Origin: Patescibacteria group bacterium
Lineage (GTDB): Bacteria > Omnitrophota > Gorgyraeia > Gygaellales > Profunditerraquicolaceae
Length of the DNA stretch: 64,000 nucleotides
Assembly (NCBI GenBank): GCA_035506195.1
Contig: DATJPV010000025.1
Location: 22,494 to 86,493 of the forward strand
Direction: 5' to 3'
Shown piece by piece: positions 28,550 to 38,232 of the stretch. Both the position numbers and the translations under genes were made by a program. Positions within the stretch are counted from its first letter, which is position 1. Each line of letters starts with the position of its first letter. The notes beneath the pieces are model-generated. The model had not been told where the DNA came from. It searched no databases and saw nothing but the letters and a program-made list of their open reading frames with translations.

Positions 28550-28627
28550 ATTATAACCCGGATCCGGGAATTATCAAGTAAATCAAGCGGCATTGTGCTT
28601 GACAATCTCCGCCGGTTGACATAGAAT
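28550..28627. promoter_or_regulatory. Back-to-back sigma70 promoters with a palindrome
   Basis: Minus strand TTGATA-16-TATAAT, whose spacer contains CCCGGATCCGGG. Plus strand TTGACA-17-TAGAAT (28599-28627). Confidence 0.65.
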
Positions 28628-28637
28628 TCATAGCAGA

Positions 28638-29933
28638 ATGCGTATCGCTACGGTATTAAAAATCATCAAGACACAGCTGGCCCGGCACATCAGCCTGGTC
28701 CTGGCTGCCAACATGTCTGCCGCGGCCCTGGGGTTCATATCGCTGCTGCTGGTCGCCCGGGGCTTAAGCGTCGCCGACTTCGGGCTTTTTAACGTCGCCA
28801 TCTCGCTGATCCTCGTCATCCAGGTTTTTACGGCATTCGGCATAGACACAAGCATGGTAACGCATGTGTCTTCTTATCTTGGCAAGGAAAAGCCCGCGCA
28901 GGCCAAAGAAGTAGTCAGCGCCGGTTTTATCTTTATCATCATAAATACCTGCGCCGTCGGCCTGTGCATATATGCCGCCGCTCCATATATCGCAAAGAAT
29001 ATATTCCACCTGCCGCAGCTGGTCTCCCTGCTGCGCCTGGCCTCCCTGGGGATCGCCTGCGTGTCGCTTTTTAATTATACCAAAACCACATTCTACGCTT
29101 ACAAGCAATTCAAGCAGTATGCCTTTATTCTGCTGCTGGTCGACACCCTCAAACTTGCCGTCATCTTCACCCTGGCCCGTTCATCCAGGATAAGCGCCTC
29201 CTCTGCCGTAGCGGCCTTCGGCTTAAGCCCCCTGCTGGGAGCAATCCTGGGGACCTGGGTCTTACGGGACAAGTTCTCCTTATCGGCCAGGCAGGTAAAA
29301 AAGGCAATGTTGGGCCTGCTTGATTTTACGAAGTGGATATTTGTGAGCGATATGGCCAAACAGATATTCCCTTACGTAGGCACCTTCATGCTGGCAAAGC
29401 TGCTGGACAGCAAAGCGGCGGGGATGTACGGGCTGGCGCTTAATCTGACTTACGCATTCCCTATCCTGATCAATTCCTTCAACTCCGTCCTTCTGCCGGA
29501 GCTTTCCCGTTTTAAGCAGATATCGCAGTTTGAAAATTACCTGAAAACTTCTTTTAGGATATTATCATACCTGGTTGCCGCAGCTATCCCCTGCACTTTC
29601 TTCTCGGCTAGATTCATTATCTTCTTTTTCGGCAGCCGCTATGTGAATTCTATCGTCGTGTTGAACTGGCTCATTTTCAACTACTTGGTCACCGCAGTCA
29701 ACTCAACCCTGCTAAACCTGACGCTCTATTCCCTGAAGAAACCCCGCATTGTCGCGGTAAGCGATATCGCAAGGCTGACGGCCATGTTCCTGGGCTGCTT
29801 TTTCCTGATACCCCGCCTGGGAATAGTATGCCCGGCCGTCATTGCGCTGCTCATTAATACTTCTGCCGCAATATTCCTGGCCTCCTACGTCTTCAATCAC
29901 ATCAAGCTGGTCAAGTCGTTGTCGCCGGCTTAG
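28638..29933 (+). CDS. Oligosaccharide flippase (Wzx/MOP family)
   Basis: About 12 hydrophobic segments, VARGLSVADFGLF, AGMYGLA, VLLPELSR, FFGSRY. Confidence 0.82.
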   Translation: MRIATVLKIIKTQLARHISLVLAANMSAAALGFISLLLVARGLSVADFGLFNVAISLILVIQVFTAFGIDTSMVTHVSSYLGKEKPAQAKEVVSAGFIFIIINTCAVGLCIYAAAPYIAKNIFHLPQLVSLLRLASLGIACVSLFNYTKTTFYAYKQFKQYAFILLLVDTLKLAVIFTLARSSRISASSAVAAFGLSPLLGAILGTWVLRDKFSLSARQVKKAMLGLLDFTKWIFVSDMAKQIFPYVGTFMLAKLLDSKAAGMYGLALNLTYAFPILINSFNSVLLPELSRFKQISQFENYLKTSFRILSYLVAAAIPCTFFSARFIIFFFGSRYVNSIVVLNWLIFNYLVTAVNSTLLNLTLYSLKKPRIVAVSDIARLTAMFLGCFFLIPRLGIVCPAVIALLINTSAAIFLASYVFNHIKLVKSLSPA

Positions 29934-30729
29934 TTGCCTTCACGCAGGTAAAATAACCCGACAGGTACTTCAGGGGGCTTTTCTCCAGCCGTTCGCATAT
30001 GCCCAAGAGCTTCAAAAAACATCCCGTGGCCGTGTTGCTGCGCAGCAAAGCCACAAGAGAGCCTATCCAGATCGCAAAAAACCTCGGACAATGCACGATA
30101 GCACCGGTATACCTGACCTTAAACCCCTGTCCTTCCAGGACGCGTATTAATTCCGATCTTGAAAGAGTAGCCCCCATGTAAAACGGGATAATGCCGGCGG
30201 ACTTAAGCAGGCCGTAGGGCAGCGCATTCCTGAGCCGGATCACCGGGTTCAAGGGATTATCGAGCGTCAGGATCAGTTCTCCTTTGGGTTTCAAAACCCG
30301 GAATAATTCCTTGATGCCGGCGACGATGTCATCTTTGGAGGGGAAGTGGTCAAGCGTAGAATTGGAAATAACCGTATCAAAGGAATTGTCTTCGAAGGAA
30401 AGCTTGCGGATGTCCGTCACCACGATCCCCTGCAGGGCGATCTTCTGCCGGGTGAGCCTCTGGCGGGCATGGCCGGCGACCGCAGGCGAACAATCCATAC
30501 CCACCAGGGAAAGCCGCTGCGGGCTCAGGAGGGAAAACAGGCTGTGGTCGGTTATGGTCTCGTCATACAGGTCGGTTTTAAGCCACAGCTTCCCCGGGGC
30601 GTTATTCCCATCGAAGATCATCCTCCGGTAGATCTCTTTTAAATGGATCCTCCAGACATCCTCTCTTGCGCTCTTGAGGTTCCGGTCGGCGATCGCATCC
30701 CAATACTCGCTATTGGCCTTTACGCTCAT
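29911..30729 (-). CDS. Class I SAM-dependent methyltransferase
   Basis: LVGMDCS, DIRKLSFEDNSFDTVISNSTLDHF, RVLKPKG. Motif I is atypical (LKTDLYDE). Confidence 0.78.
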   Translation of the reverse strand: MSVKANSEYWDAIADRNLKSAREDVWRIHLKEIYRRMIFDGNNAPGKLWLKTDLYDETITDHSLFSLLSPQRLSLVGMDCSPAVAGHARQRLTRQKIALQGIVVTDIRKLSFEDNSFDTVISNSTLDHFPSKDDIVAGIKELFRVLKPKGELILTLDNPLNPVIRLRNALPYGLLKSAGIIPFYMGATLSRSELIRVLEGQGFKVRYTGAIVHCPRFFAIWIGSLVALLRSNTATGCFLKLLGICERLEKSPLKYLSGYFTCVKATKPATTT

Positions 30730-30733
30730 CGGT

Positions 30734-31954
30734 TCAAAATCGCCCCTGCATCCTTTTCGTAAAGTATTCTGCCGAAGCGCTCTTCACCAGGGGCCGAGGC
30801 AGCAGTCCGTTACGATACAAACTCATGCCTGACAAAAACAGCATCCCGCGCAATGACTTCTTTTCCGACGAGGCCTTTACGCGGCCAAAACGCTCCAGCG
30901 CTACTTCTTGGAGCGCCGCCAGGGGCCTTTTCCCCGCGCCGAAAGTATCCCGGATAAGATCCGATACCTGCGCGAAGAATACCGTCCCGATATCCCTGTC
31001 TATCTCTTGAGGCCGAAAGCCGGCAAACTCCATCGTCCCGCCGAGGATGCCTCCGCAATTAGCAATGAAGTGCGGGATGCAAATCACGCCTTTTTGAAAA
31101 AGGATGTCTTCTGCCTCGGTGGTGAGGGGAAGGTTTGCGCCGGGCGAGATCAATCCGGCCCTGATCCGGGAAACGTTGCCCTTATGAATACTGCTGCCTA
31201 TGGCGCAGGGGAAAAGCGCATCCACATCCAGCTCGACAAGGGCTCCCGGCTCCAGCCTCTGTGCGCGAAAGTCTGCGCTGCGTTCGACGATCCTGCTGCC
31301 CAGCTCCTGCCGTAATTTCAACAAAGCAGGGATATCCAGCCCCTCTTTTGCAAAAAGGGTTCCCCTGCTCGTAGACACCGCCACGACCCTGCTGCCCAAC
31401 CGATACAGGTTTTCGGCTACGGCAGAACCTACGCTGCCGAAGCCCTCTACGGCAACGGTCGCTCCCGCCAGATCCATGCGCGCAAACTGTGCCCCTGCCT
31501 TTGCGCAGGCAATCACCGTTAAGCTTGTATACCATCCGCCCCTTTCCGTTACCAGGGCCCTTGCGGGAACCGGCCTTCCCAGGGTTTTCAGTGCAGCAGT
31601 AATGCAGTCGCGGTCTGTGCCCACATCCGGATAAGGCTCATACACCACCTCCCCCAGGATTGCCTGCGCCTTCTTGAGGAACTTCTGCAGAAGAAAAACC
31701 TTTTTTTCCTTAGGGGCCTCGTCATCGCAAGAGATACCGGCCTTTGCCCCGCCGTGCGGCAGGCCCAGGAACCCGAATTTCAGGGTCATGGCTTCTGCCA
31801 GGCCTGCCATCTCCTGCGCATCGATACCTTGCCGTATCCGTAAGCCCCCGCAACAACGGTTATTGATCAGGGAGTCTACCGCCAGCCACCCCTGCAGGCC
31901 GCAGGCATCATCGGTGACCGGGAAAACCTGCGGCAGCTTAACGGTCCGGCTCAT
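30734..31954 (-). CDS. Glu/Leu/Phe/Val dehydrogenase-family protein
   Basis: GGLR, MTLKF, GGAKAG, PDVGT, VEGFGSVG, PCA, GANLP, ANCGG. Confidence 0.85.
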   Translation of the reverse strand: MSRTVKLPQVFPVTDDACGLQGWLAVDSLINNRCCGGLRIRQGIDAQEMAGLAEAMTLKFGFLGLPHGGAKAGISCDDEAPKEKKVFLLQKFLKKAQAILGEVVYEPYPDVGTDRDCITAALKTLGRPVPARALVTERGGWYTSLTVIACAKAGAQFARMDLAGATVAVEGFGSVGSAVAENLYRLGSRVVAVSTSRGTLFAKEGLDIPALLKLRQELGSRIVERSADFRAQRLEPGALVELDVDALFPCAIGSSIHKGNVSRIRAGLISPGANLPLTTEAEDILFQKGVICIPHFIANCGGILGGTMEFAGFRPQEIDRDIGTVFFAQVSDLIRDTFGAGKRPLAALQEVALERFGRVKASSEKKSLRGMLFLSGMSLYRNGLLPRPLVKSASAEYFTKRMQGRF

Positions 31955-32939
31955 GAGGCCTCCTGATGGATAAAAACGTTATACAACAGGCAAAAACGAA
32001 AGAGCTGTAAAAAAGATAGAACCAGTGGAACGGTATTGCCCGGACGGTGAAGAAAAAACCTTTTGTGCGCAGGAAAAATGCATACAGGTCCCGGTTCAAA
32101 TAAACCAGGCCCCCGGACAGCGCAAAAAACATAAAGGCAAGAAAAGGAAAGCACCACGCAAAAATCACGGATAAAAATAGGAGCAGGGAAAACGCGCCGC
32201 TTAGCCTATCGGAGAGCTTGAAATTCAGGTCATACGGCAGCCCTCTTTTTGCCGCAAGCCTGGTCCAGGGGATGGTCCGGTGCAGTATGTCGGATCTGAT
32301 CAGGCTGATAAAACCCCATTTTTTCAAGTGCGTAACCTGAATATCCTTAACCAGTTTTATCTTATTGCCCCCTGCGGCCAAATCATACCCTAATGCCACA
32401 TCTTCAATCTCCGGATTAAGGTATTTTTCCAAGAACCCCCCTGCCTTCAAAAAAACATCCCTGCGGACCGCCCCGCAGCCCGCCCAAAATGTCTTTGCCT
32501 GGACGCTGGCATGCTGATGCACAAAATAGTGGTGAAGGTTCTTGTATTGCGAAAAGAAATTCGCAGCCGCCGGGGCAGCATCATAGGAGCCAAAGATCGC
32601 GGCAGCCTCTTTATCCTCTTGGAAGGCCGCGGCTACTTTTGAGACCGTATCCGCGGCAACCCTGACATCGGCATCTACGAAGAAAAGGACCTGGCCCCTG
32701 CTCTTCTGGACGCCAAGATTACGCGCCCTGGCCGGGCCGGCCCTGTTTTCAAGCACAACGACCGTATCGGCCCAGGGGCGCGCAAGTGCCGCGGTCCCGT
32801 CGCTTGAGGCATCATCCACGACGATAAGTTCAAAAGACGGGTAATCCGACCGGCGCAGCGCCTGCAGGCATGCGGTCACATAATCCTTGGCATTGTGGGC
32901 GGGAACGATAATGGAAACCAGAGTGCGGTTAGCGGGCAT
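31938..32939 (-). CDS. GT2 glycosyltransferase with C-terminal TM helices
   Basis: VSIIVPAHN, VVDDASSDGT, ARNLG, FVDAD (DxD), IEDVALG. Confidence 0.9.
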   Translation of the reverse strand: MPANRTLVSIIVPAHNAKDYVTACLQALRRSDYPSFELIVVDDASSDGTAALARPWADTVVVLENRAGPARARNLGVQKSRGQVLFFVDADVRVAADTVSKVAAAFQEDKEAAAIFGSYDAAPAAANFFSQYKNLHHYFVHQHASVQAKTFWAGCGAVRRDVFLKAGGFLEKYLNPEIEDVALGYDLAAGGNKIKLVKDIQVTHLKKWGFISLIRSDILHRTIPWTRLAAKRGLPYDLNFKLSDRLSGAFSLLLFLSVIFAWCFPFLAFMFFALSGGLVYLNRDLYAFFLRTKGFFFTVRAIPFHWFYLFYSSFVFACCITFLSIRRPHEPDR

Positions 32940-34386
32940 TAATCTTTAAGTATAATCCTTTTTCCGTATAATCTTTCCTCTCATCGCAGCTGAACATTTC
33001 TCTGCGGTTATTTTCGTCATCCAGGGCCCGGGCAGCCAGGAACCCTTCTTCAAGGGCGGCGTCCATATTAAGGTAACGGAACCGGCCCTGCCTGCCGGCG
33101 ATCACAAGAGGATCGAAGCCCTGCAGATACGCGTAAATTTTGCGCAGGCGCTCCTTGTAATCCAGCAGGTACACCGGATACGCGTGCGGCGCATAGGTGG
33201 AAAAATAACCCAGTATCTTATTTTCTACGGCGATGCCCATCTTGGCAAGGTCATGCACGCAGAACTTAAGCAGGTCCGCATCGGGCATCCTCCAGAGCCT
33301 GCCTCCCTCCTCGCAGGCAACCTCAAGGGTAAGCGCTGTTTTTCCGGGAGGGCAGTTGGCCGGGTGCCAATTGCATACTTCCTGTATGCGAAAGAAAATG
33401 AACTTTCTTTCCGGCACATAGATCCAGGTATTCGAGGTGATCTGCGATGTATCAAGCATGACGTTCAGGAAGCGCACGGAACGCAAATGCAGGCCCCTTG
33501 CGGCATCCAGCACATCAGCCGGCGGCAGGGGTCGAAAGGAAAAAATGAATTCGTTCAAGGGGATAGTAGAGATAACTTTGTCGGCCAGGATCTTTCTCGG
33601 AGTTCCGTCCCGGGAAACAACGGTGAGCAAAAAACCCTGCGCCTGAGGGCAAATCTCCGCCAGGCGATGACCGGTAAGGATGCGCGCGCCGGCGGCGCTG
33701 GCATGCTCGGCGATGCGGCGGGGGATCTGGCCGATGCCTCCTTGGGGATATACGAATTGGCGCGCATACGTTTTGATGTGCTTGTCCTTTTTAAAGAGCA
33801 GGTTCCTTAACGCCAGGCCCATATTCGGCACGGAGATACGCTGCGATGCCCATTCCGCGGAGATCCCCGAAGTCTTTCTCCCCCAGAGCTTATAGGAATA
33901 AGGCCCAAAGTAGATATCGTAGAGGGTCGGCCCAAAACGGCGCATCATCCAGTCTTTCAGGGAGATTTCCGCGGGCAATCTGAACAGATGGCTGGTTAAC
34001 CGGAAATAGAGGCTGTCTATGCCGCTCTTCAGGCAGGTAATCGGCCCCAGGTTCTTAAGGATATCCGCGAACTCCGGCGGGTAAGCCAGGAACTTGCCCT
34101 TAAGGTAGATCTGGCTGAGCCTGTCCCTTAACGCAAGTTCTCCGGGGACAGGGAATAAAGAACTGACATAGTCTGCGGTCTGCTGGTTATGCGGCAGGAA
34201 CCTGTGCCCGCCCAGATCGAAGATAAAGCCATCCTGCGCAAGACTGCGGCACATCCCTCCGACCGAGTTTTCTTTCTCGATGACCATGACGCCTGCGCCC
34301 TGGCTGGCAAGCTTATCTGCCGCTGCCAGGCCGGCTAAGCCTGCGCCTAAGACGACGATTTCCGTCTTTTGCTGGTCTTCTTTCAT
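32929..34386 (-). CDS. FAD-dependent oxidoreductase (COG1232 / UDP-galactopyranose-mutase-like fold)
   Basis: LGAGLAGL, EK...GG, DLGGHRF, YPQGG, AYPVY, GRQGRFRYLNMD. Start is the ATG at 34386 after GGAGA. Confidence 0.82.
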   Translation of the reverse strand: MKEDQQKTEIVVLGAGLAGLAAADKLASQGAGVMVIEKENSVGGMCRSLAQDGFIFDLGGHRFLPHNQQTADYVSSLFPVPGELALRDRLSQIYLKGKFLAYPPEFADILKNLGPITCLKSGIDSLYFRLTSHLFRLPAEISLKDWMMRRFGPTLYDIYFGPYSYKLWGRKTSGISAEWASQRISVPNMGLALRNLLFKKDKHIKTYARQFVYPQGGIGQIPRRIAEHASAAGARILTGHRLAEICPQAQGFLLTVVSRDGTPRKILADKVISTIPLNEFIFSFRPLPPADVLDAARGLHLRSVRFLNVMLDTSQITSNTWIYVPERKFIFFRIQEVCNWHPANCPPGKTALTLEVACEEGGRLWRMPDADLLKFCVHDLAKMGIAVENKILGYFSTYAPHAYPVYLLDYKERLRKIYAYLQGFDPLVIAGRQGRFRYLNMDAALEEGFLAARALDDENNRREMFSCDERKDYTEKGLYLKINAR

Positions 34387-34405
34387 GCCGTTATCTCCTA
34401 TCAAT

Positions 34406-34446
34406 AGAAAAGGCGCTCTCTGGTACACCTACCGAGCGCCTTTTCT
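34406..34446. terminator. Bidirectional-type intrinsic terminator downstream of the autotransporter gene
   Basis: AGAAAAGGCGCTC...GAGCGCCTTTTCT inverted repeat. Confidence 0.75.
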
Positions 34447-34479
34447 GTATCGTAAATAAAGAACCTTGGCTGCCTTTAA

Positions 34480-37400
34480 TTAGGGTCCGGGTCCGCTAAA
34501 GAGCCAGGGATCATAGTCAACGCTGTCCGGGCCGCCGATCTGACCGTTGATGTAGGGGTCGCTATCCTGGCCCCACCAGTTATTCTCCGCCAGGAGCCCG
34601 TCTATCCCGGAGTCATTCCTCAAATCATAGTTGCTATTACCATAGAGACCATTATACATAATGTTGACACCCGCTACATCGCCGCCATAGTTGTCGAACG
34701 CAATTCCGTCATTGCCGTTGTTGATGATACTGTTATTGAGAATAGTAACGTAATCTCCCGGGAAATCATCGCCCAGAGTAGAGAACGTGCCGTTAGCGAA
34801 GTACACGCCGGTGCCGCTATTGTCAGAGACGGCGTTATCGTTGATGACCAGGCGCGAGACGGTTGAATCATTATAGTTCTCGACGCGAATACCATCGCCG
34901 GAGTTTCCGGTGATCTCATTGCTCAGGATGCCATACTGATCCGCAGCCGAGTAATCATCGTTATAGATTTTGATACCGGTACCGATGTTGTCGGAGATGG
35001 TGTTTCCTGCGATGGTAACGCGCGTAGAGGTTGAGAACGAGTAGTTGTCGATATAGATACCGTCTCCGGAGTTGCCGACGATATCGTTGTTGGCGATCGC
35101 GAAATTATCCAGAGTAGAGACATCCTCATTGTAAATAGCGATGCCGTCGCCGCCATTGCCGCCGTATTCTTCGCCGTTAGCGCCGATGGTGTTGCCTATG
35201 ATATTGACATCCGACATGGCTGAAGACTCGTAGTTGTCCAGATCGATGCCGGTGCCGGAGTTGTCGGAGATGGTATTGTTCAGGATATTAAGGTTGCTCA
35301 TATCCGCGCCATACCAGTTATCGACAGCGATACCTTCGTCGGAATTATTGGTAATAGTATTGCCCTCGATGGTGAAGTAATCTTCGGGAACATTATTGCC
35401 GACTTGCCCGCCATTGTAATTGCCCAGGTATATGCCGGTGCCGGTGTTGTCGGAGATGGTGTTATCTTTGATGTCGAAACGCGAAAGGGTCGAGGTACCT
35501 GAAGTGCCGTCGTTCTCGATGTGGATGCCATCGCCGTTATTGCCAATGATGGTATTGTCGGAGATGGTAAAGTTATCCATCGAAGAGTTTTCATGGTTGT
35601 AGATATCGATACCGTCACCGTTGTTGCCTTCGCCTTCTTCGCTTCCGCCGATGGTGTTGCCGGAGATGGTCACATCCGACATATCGGCTTTGTTATAGTT
35701 GTTTAAAACAATACCGTTGGCAACGCCGGTGGCCTCGTTTCCTTGAATGGTATTATCCTGGATATTAAGATTAGCTATATCCGCACCATCTTCGTTCTCA
35801 ACGTGAATGCCGTTATTGCTGTTGTTGGAGATGGTGTTGTTGGAGATGGTGAAGTAGTCGTCGATAACGTAATTGCCGATCTGCGCATCGTTGTAATTGC
35901 CTACAAAGATGCCGCTTCCGGTGTTATCGGTAATGGTATTGTCATCGCCGATCTTGAAGCGCGAGATGGTTGAGTCATTAAAGTTCTCGATATGGATACC
36001 GTCGCCGGAGTTTCCGATGATCTGGTTACTGGAAATCTCGAACTGATCGATATTGGAGTAATCATCATTGTAGATATCGATACCCGGGCCGCTGTTGCCT
36101 AGGCCTGCTTCGATTCCGCCGATGGTGTTGCCGGAGATGGTGATTTCCGACATGACGGAGTGATCATAGTTGTCGATGTAAATACCGGATTTTTCGGCGG
36201 CGTTTCCGGTAATGGTATTATCCCGGATATTGACGTTGTTCATGGTAGCGCCATACCAGTTATCGATCCCGATGCCGTCAGAGTTGTTACCGGTGATCTC
36301 GTTATTGTTGATGTTGAAGTAGTCGCCGTCAGTCCAATTGCCGACTTGCCCGCCATAGTAATTGCCCAGGTATACGCCGGTGCCGGTATTGTCGGAGACG
36401 GTGTTATCTTTGATGTCAACGTTGGAAAGGGTCCCGCCATACCAGTTCTCGATATGGATACCGTCGCCGGAGTTTCCGATAATATCGTTGTTGGAAATCT
36501 CCAAATCATAAAGGAGGGAATCGTCGTTGTAAATGTAAATACCGTCACCGGTATTGGCTTCGCCTTCGCCGGTGCCGCCGATGGTGTTGCCGGAGATGGT
36601 AACATCCGACATGACAGAGCCATTCGTATTCTGCACATAGATCCCATCGCCTTTATTGCCGGTAATGACGTTATCGGCAATAAGCAGGCCAGACATGAAG
36701 GAGTTATTATTATTTTCGATGTGGATACCGCTGACCAAACCGGTATTGCCGGTAATAGTGTTATTGGTGATCTCAATGCCGCCGGTTGAAAGCGCATTCG
36801 TATTCACAATGCGTATACCTTCGCCGTTTTCGGTAATGTAGTTATCGTGGATGGTGGCGTTGGTTATATCTTTGCCGTATATACCGTATCCGCCGTGCTG
36901 GAGTTTGAGCCCCTGTATGGTATTGTGATCAGACATACCGATGACATATTCGCCGCTGTCTGCGTCAACTACCGGATAATCGGTAACGGGTAAGCCCTTG
37001 AAACCGCCCGTGGTCGCGCTTCCCCAAAGTACGGTAGTATCGGCCAGATCGAAGTCTCCCACGTAGCTGTCTCCCGTACCTCTGAAAACATATATATATT
37101 TCACTGTCCCGCCCTGGCCTACATAGCGCGGGTCGGAAAGCGCCTCTGCCATGGTGGGCCAAGGATGCGCCAGGGTTCCGTCTTTGGTGCCGGTGTTGCT
37201 GTTGTCGACATAAATAATATCCATATCCGGTACGGACTGTATGGGAGAGGTGCCGTTGGAGATAACCCGAATATCCGTATCCCTGACCACTCTTTCAAAC
37301 AATCTTTCCTTAATATAGGAATCGTTGGGCATAGAGGAAGACTTAAACGGATTCCGCATATCCCTGACCTTGCCTAATGCGAAGGGGACGGTAACCCGTA

Positions 37401-38136
37401 CGCCTCCGATGAATTCGCTTTCGCCGGCATTCCTCTCATTGAAATTCAAGTCTATTGCCAGCCATTTGTTCAGGTCGGTTTCCGATCTTACCTTCCAGCC
37501 GTTCACATCCTTTCCGTATCTTGAATTAAAGAAGAACCCGCCGAAATAAATGCGGGATCTGAGCTCCTTGGGGATAAGGGGAACGCCGAATTCGAAATCA
37601 TACCCTCTCAACGGCTCTTCAACATTGTATACACGCAGGAGAGAAGAAGGGCCGAGTTTGTAACTATCTGTGGCTTCAAGGGCTTTTGCCTTTGTTTGAG
37701 GATCATAGAAGTTAAAACGGAAATCGAAAGGCTGTGATAAGAATTCAACGCCTGTTCCTACCTGGCTATACCATTTGTCGTTCTCGGAAAGCTTCCTGTC
37801 AAAGAAGACGTTCAGGCCCAGGATATAGTTATCGGAGAATATATGCCGGATACCCGCGCCCATATTTGATTCCGAGCCGGCCGGGACAAAGGCATCCTCT
37901 TTGGTATTCATGAAAAGGAGGGTGTCTCGATCTTTACTATAGTAAAGCGGCAGGAGATAATCGGCGTAGAATATCCCCCTTCCTTCGGTAGAGCCTGCGG
38001 CAGAGAGGCGGATCTTACCGGGCCAATAGTTGCTATCATCTTTGGTGGTTCCGCTGGTTTGCGCGAAACTAATGCCGTAGCCCGGGGCTACCAGTAAGGT
38101 AATCGCCATCAATAAAGCCACTATTCTTTTTACCAT
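34480..38136 (-). CDS. Inverse-autotransporter beta-barrel protein with a right-handed beta-helix passenger
   Basis: Signal peptide. N-terminal barrel motifs NMGAGIRH, LGLNVFFD, QVGTGVE, NFYDP, GYDFE, RLFERVVRD. Then YVDNS..GT..HPW and many I-x-x-N-T-I..N.G.GI repeats, ending in AENNWWG...VDYDPWL. Confidence 0.8.
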   Translation of the reverse strand: MVKRIVALLMAITLLVAPGYGISFAQTSGTTKDDSNYWPGKIRLSAAGSTEGRGIFYADYLLPLYYSKDRDTLLFMNTKEDAFVPAGSESNMGAGIRHIFSDNYILGLNVFFDRKLSENDKWYSQVGTGVEFLSQPFDFRFNFYDPQTKAKALEATDSYKLGPSSLLRVYNVEEPLRGYDFEFGVPLIPKELRSRIYFGGFFFNSRYGKDVNGWKVRSETDLNKWLAIDLNFNERNAGESEFIGGVRVTVPFALGKVRDMRNPFKSSSMPNDSYIKERLFERVVRDTDIRVISNGTSPIQSVPDMDIIYVDNSNTGTKDGTLAHPWPTMAEALSDPRYVGQGGTVKYIYVFRGTGDSYVGDFDLADTTVLWGSATTGGFKGLPVTDYPVVDADSGEYVIGMSDHNTIQGLKLQHGGYGIYGKDITNATIHDNYITENGEGIRIVNTNALSTGGIEITNNTITGNTGLVSGIHIENNNNSFMSGLLIADNVITGNKGDGIYVQNTNGSVMSDVTISGNTIGGTGEGEANTGDGIYIYNDDSLLYDLEISNNDIIGNSGDGIHIENWYGGTLSNVDIKDNTVSDNTGTGVYLGNYYGGQVGNWTDGDYFNINNNEITGNNSDGIGIDNWYGATMNNVNIRDNTITGNAAEKSGIYIDNYDHSVMSEITISGNTIGGIEAGLGNSGPGIDIYNDDYSNIDQFEISSNQIIGNSGDGIHIENFNDSTISRFKIGDDNTITDNTGSGIFVGNYNDAQIGNYVIDDYFTISNNTISNNSNNGIHVENEDGADIANLNIQDNTIQGNEATGVANGIVLNNYNKADMSDVTISGNTIGGSEEGEGNNGDGIDIYNHENSSMDNFTISDNTIIGNNGDGIHIENDGTSGTSTLSRFDIKDNTISDNTGTGIYLGNYNGGQVGNNVPEDYFTIEGNTITNNSDEGIAVDNWYGADMSNLNILNNTISDNSGTGIDLDNYESSAMSDVNIIGNTIGANGEEYGGNGGDGIAIYNEDVSTLDNFAIANNDIVGNSGDGIYIDNYSFSTSTRVTIAGNTISDNIGTGIKIYNDDYSAADQYGILSNEITGNSGDGIRVENYNDSTVSRLVINDNAVSDNSGTGVYFANGTFSTLGDDFPGDYVTILNNSIINNGNDGIAFDNYGGDVAGVNIMYNGLYGNSNYDLRNDSGIDGLLAENNWWGQDSDPYINGQIGGPDSVDYDPWLFSGPGP

Positions 38137-38195
38137 CTCTCCCCCTTTTTTTAACTTCTTTATCATGATCAGGTTAGGATACAATATATAAAAGC

Positions 38196-38224
38196 AGTAT
38201 ATTAATAATGCCGGGATCTGTCAA
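38196..38224 (-). promoter_or_regulatory. Sigma70 promoter
   Basis: TTGACA-17 nt-TATACT. Confidence 0.7.
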
Positions 38225-38232
38225 GTATTTTT

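Noticed and set aside
32929-34386. Calling this gene hemY or glf
   Set aside because: The fold is shared, but context and visible motifs are insufficient for either specific assignment.
34900-36620. Recurrent ccgatggtgttgccggagatggt sequences as a CRISPR array or non-coding repeat
   Set aside because: They are in-frame coding repeats (TISGNTIG) spaced ~460 bp apart, and no cas genes are present.
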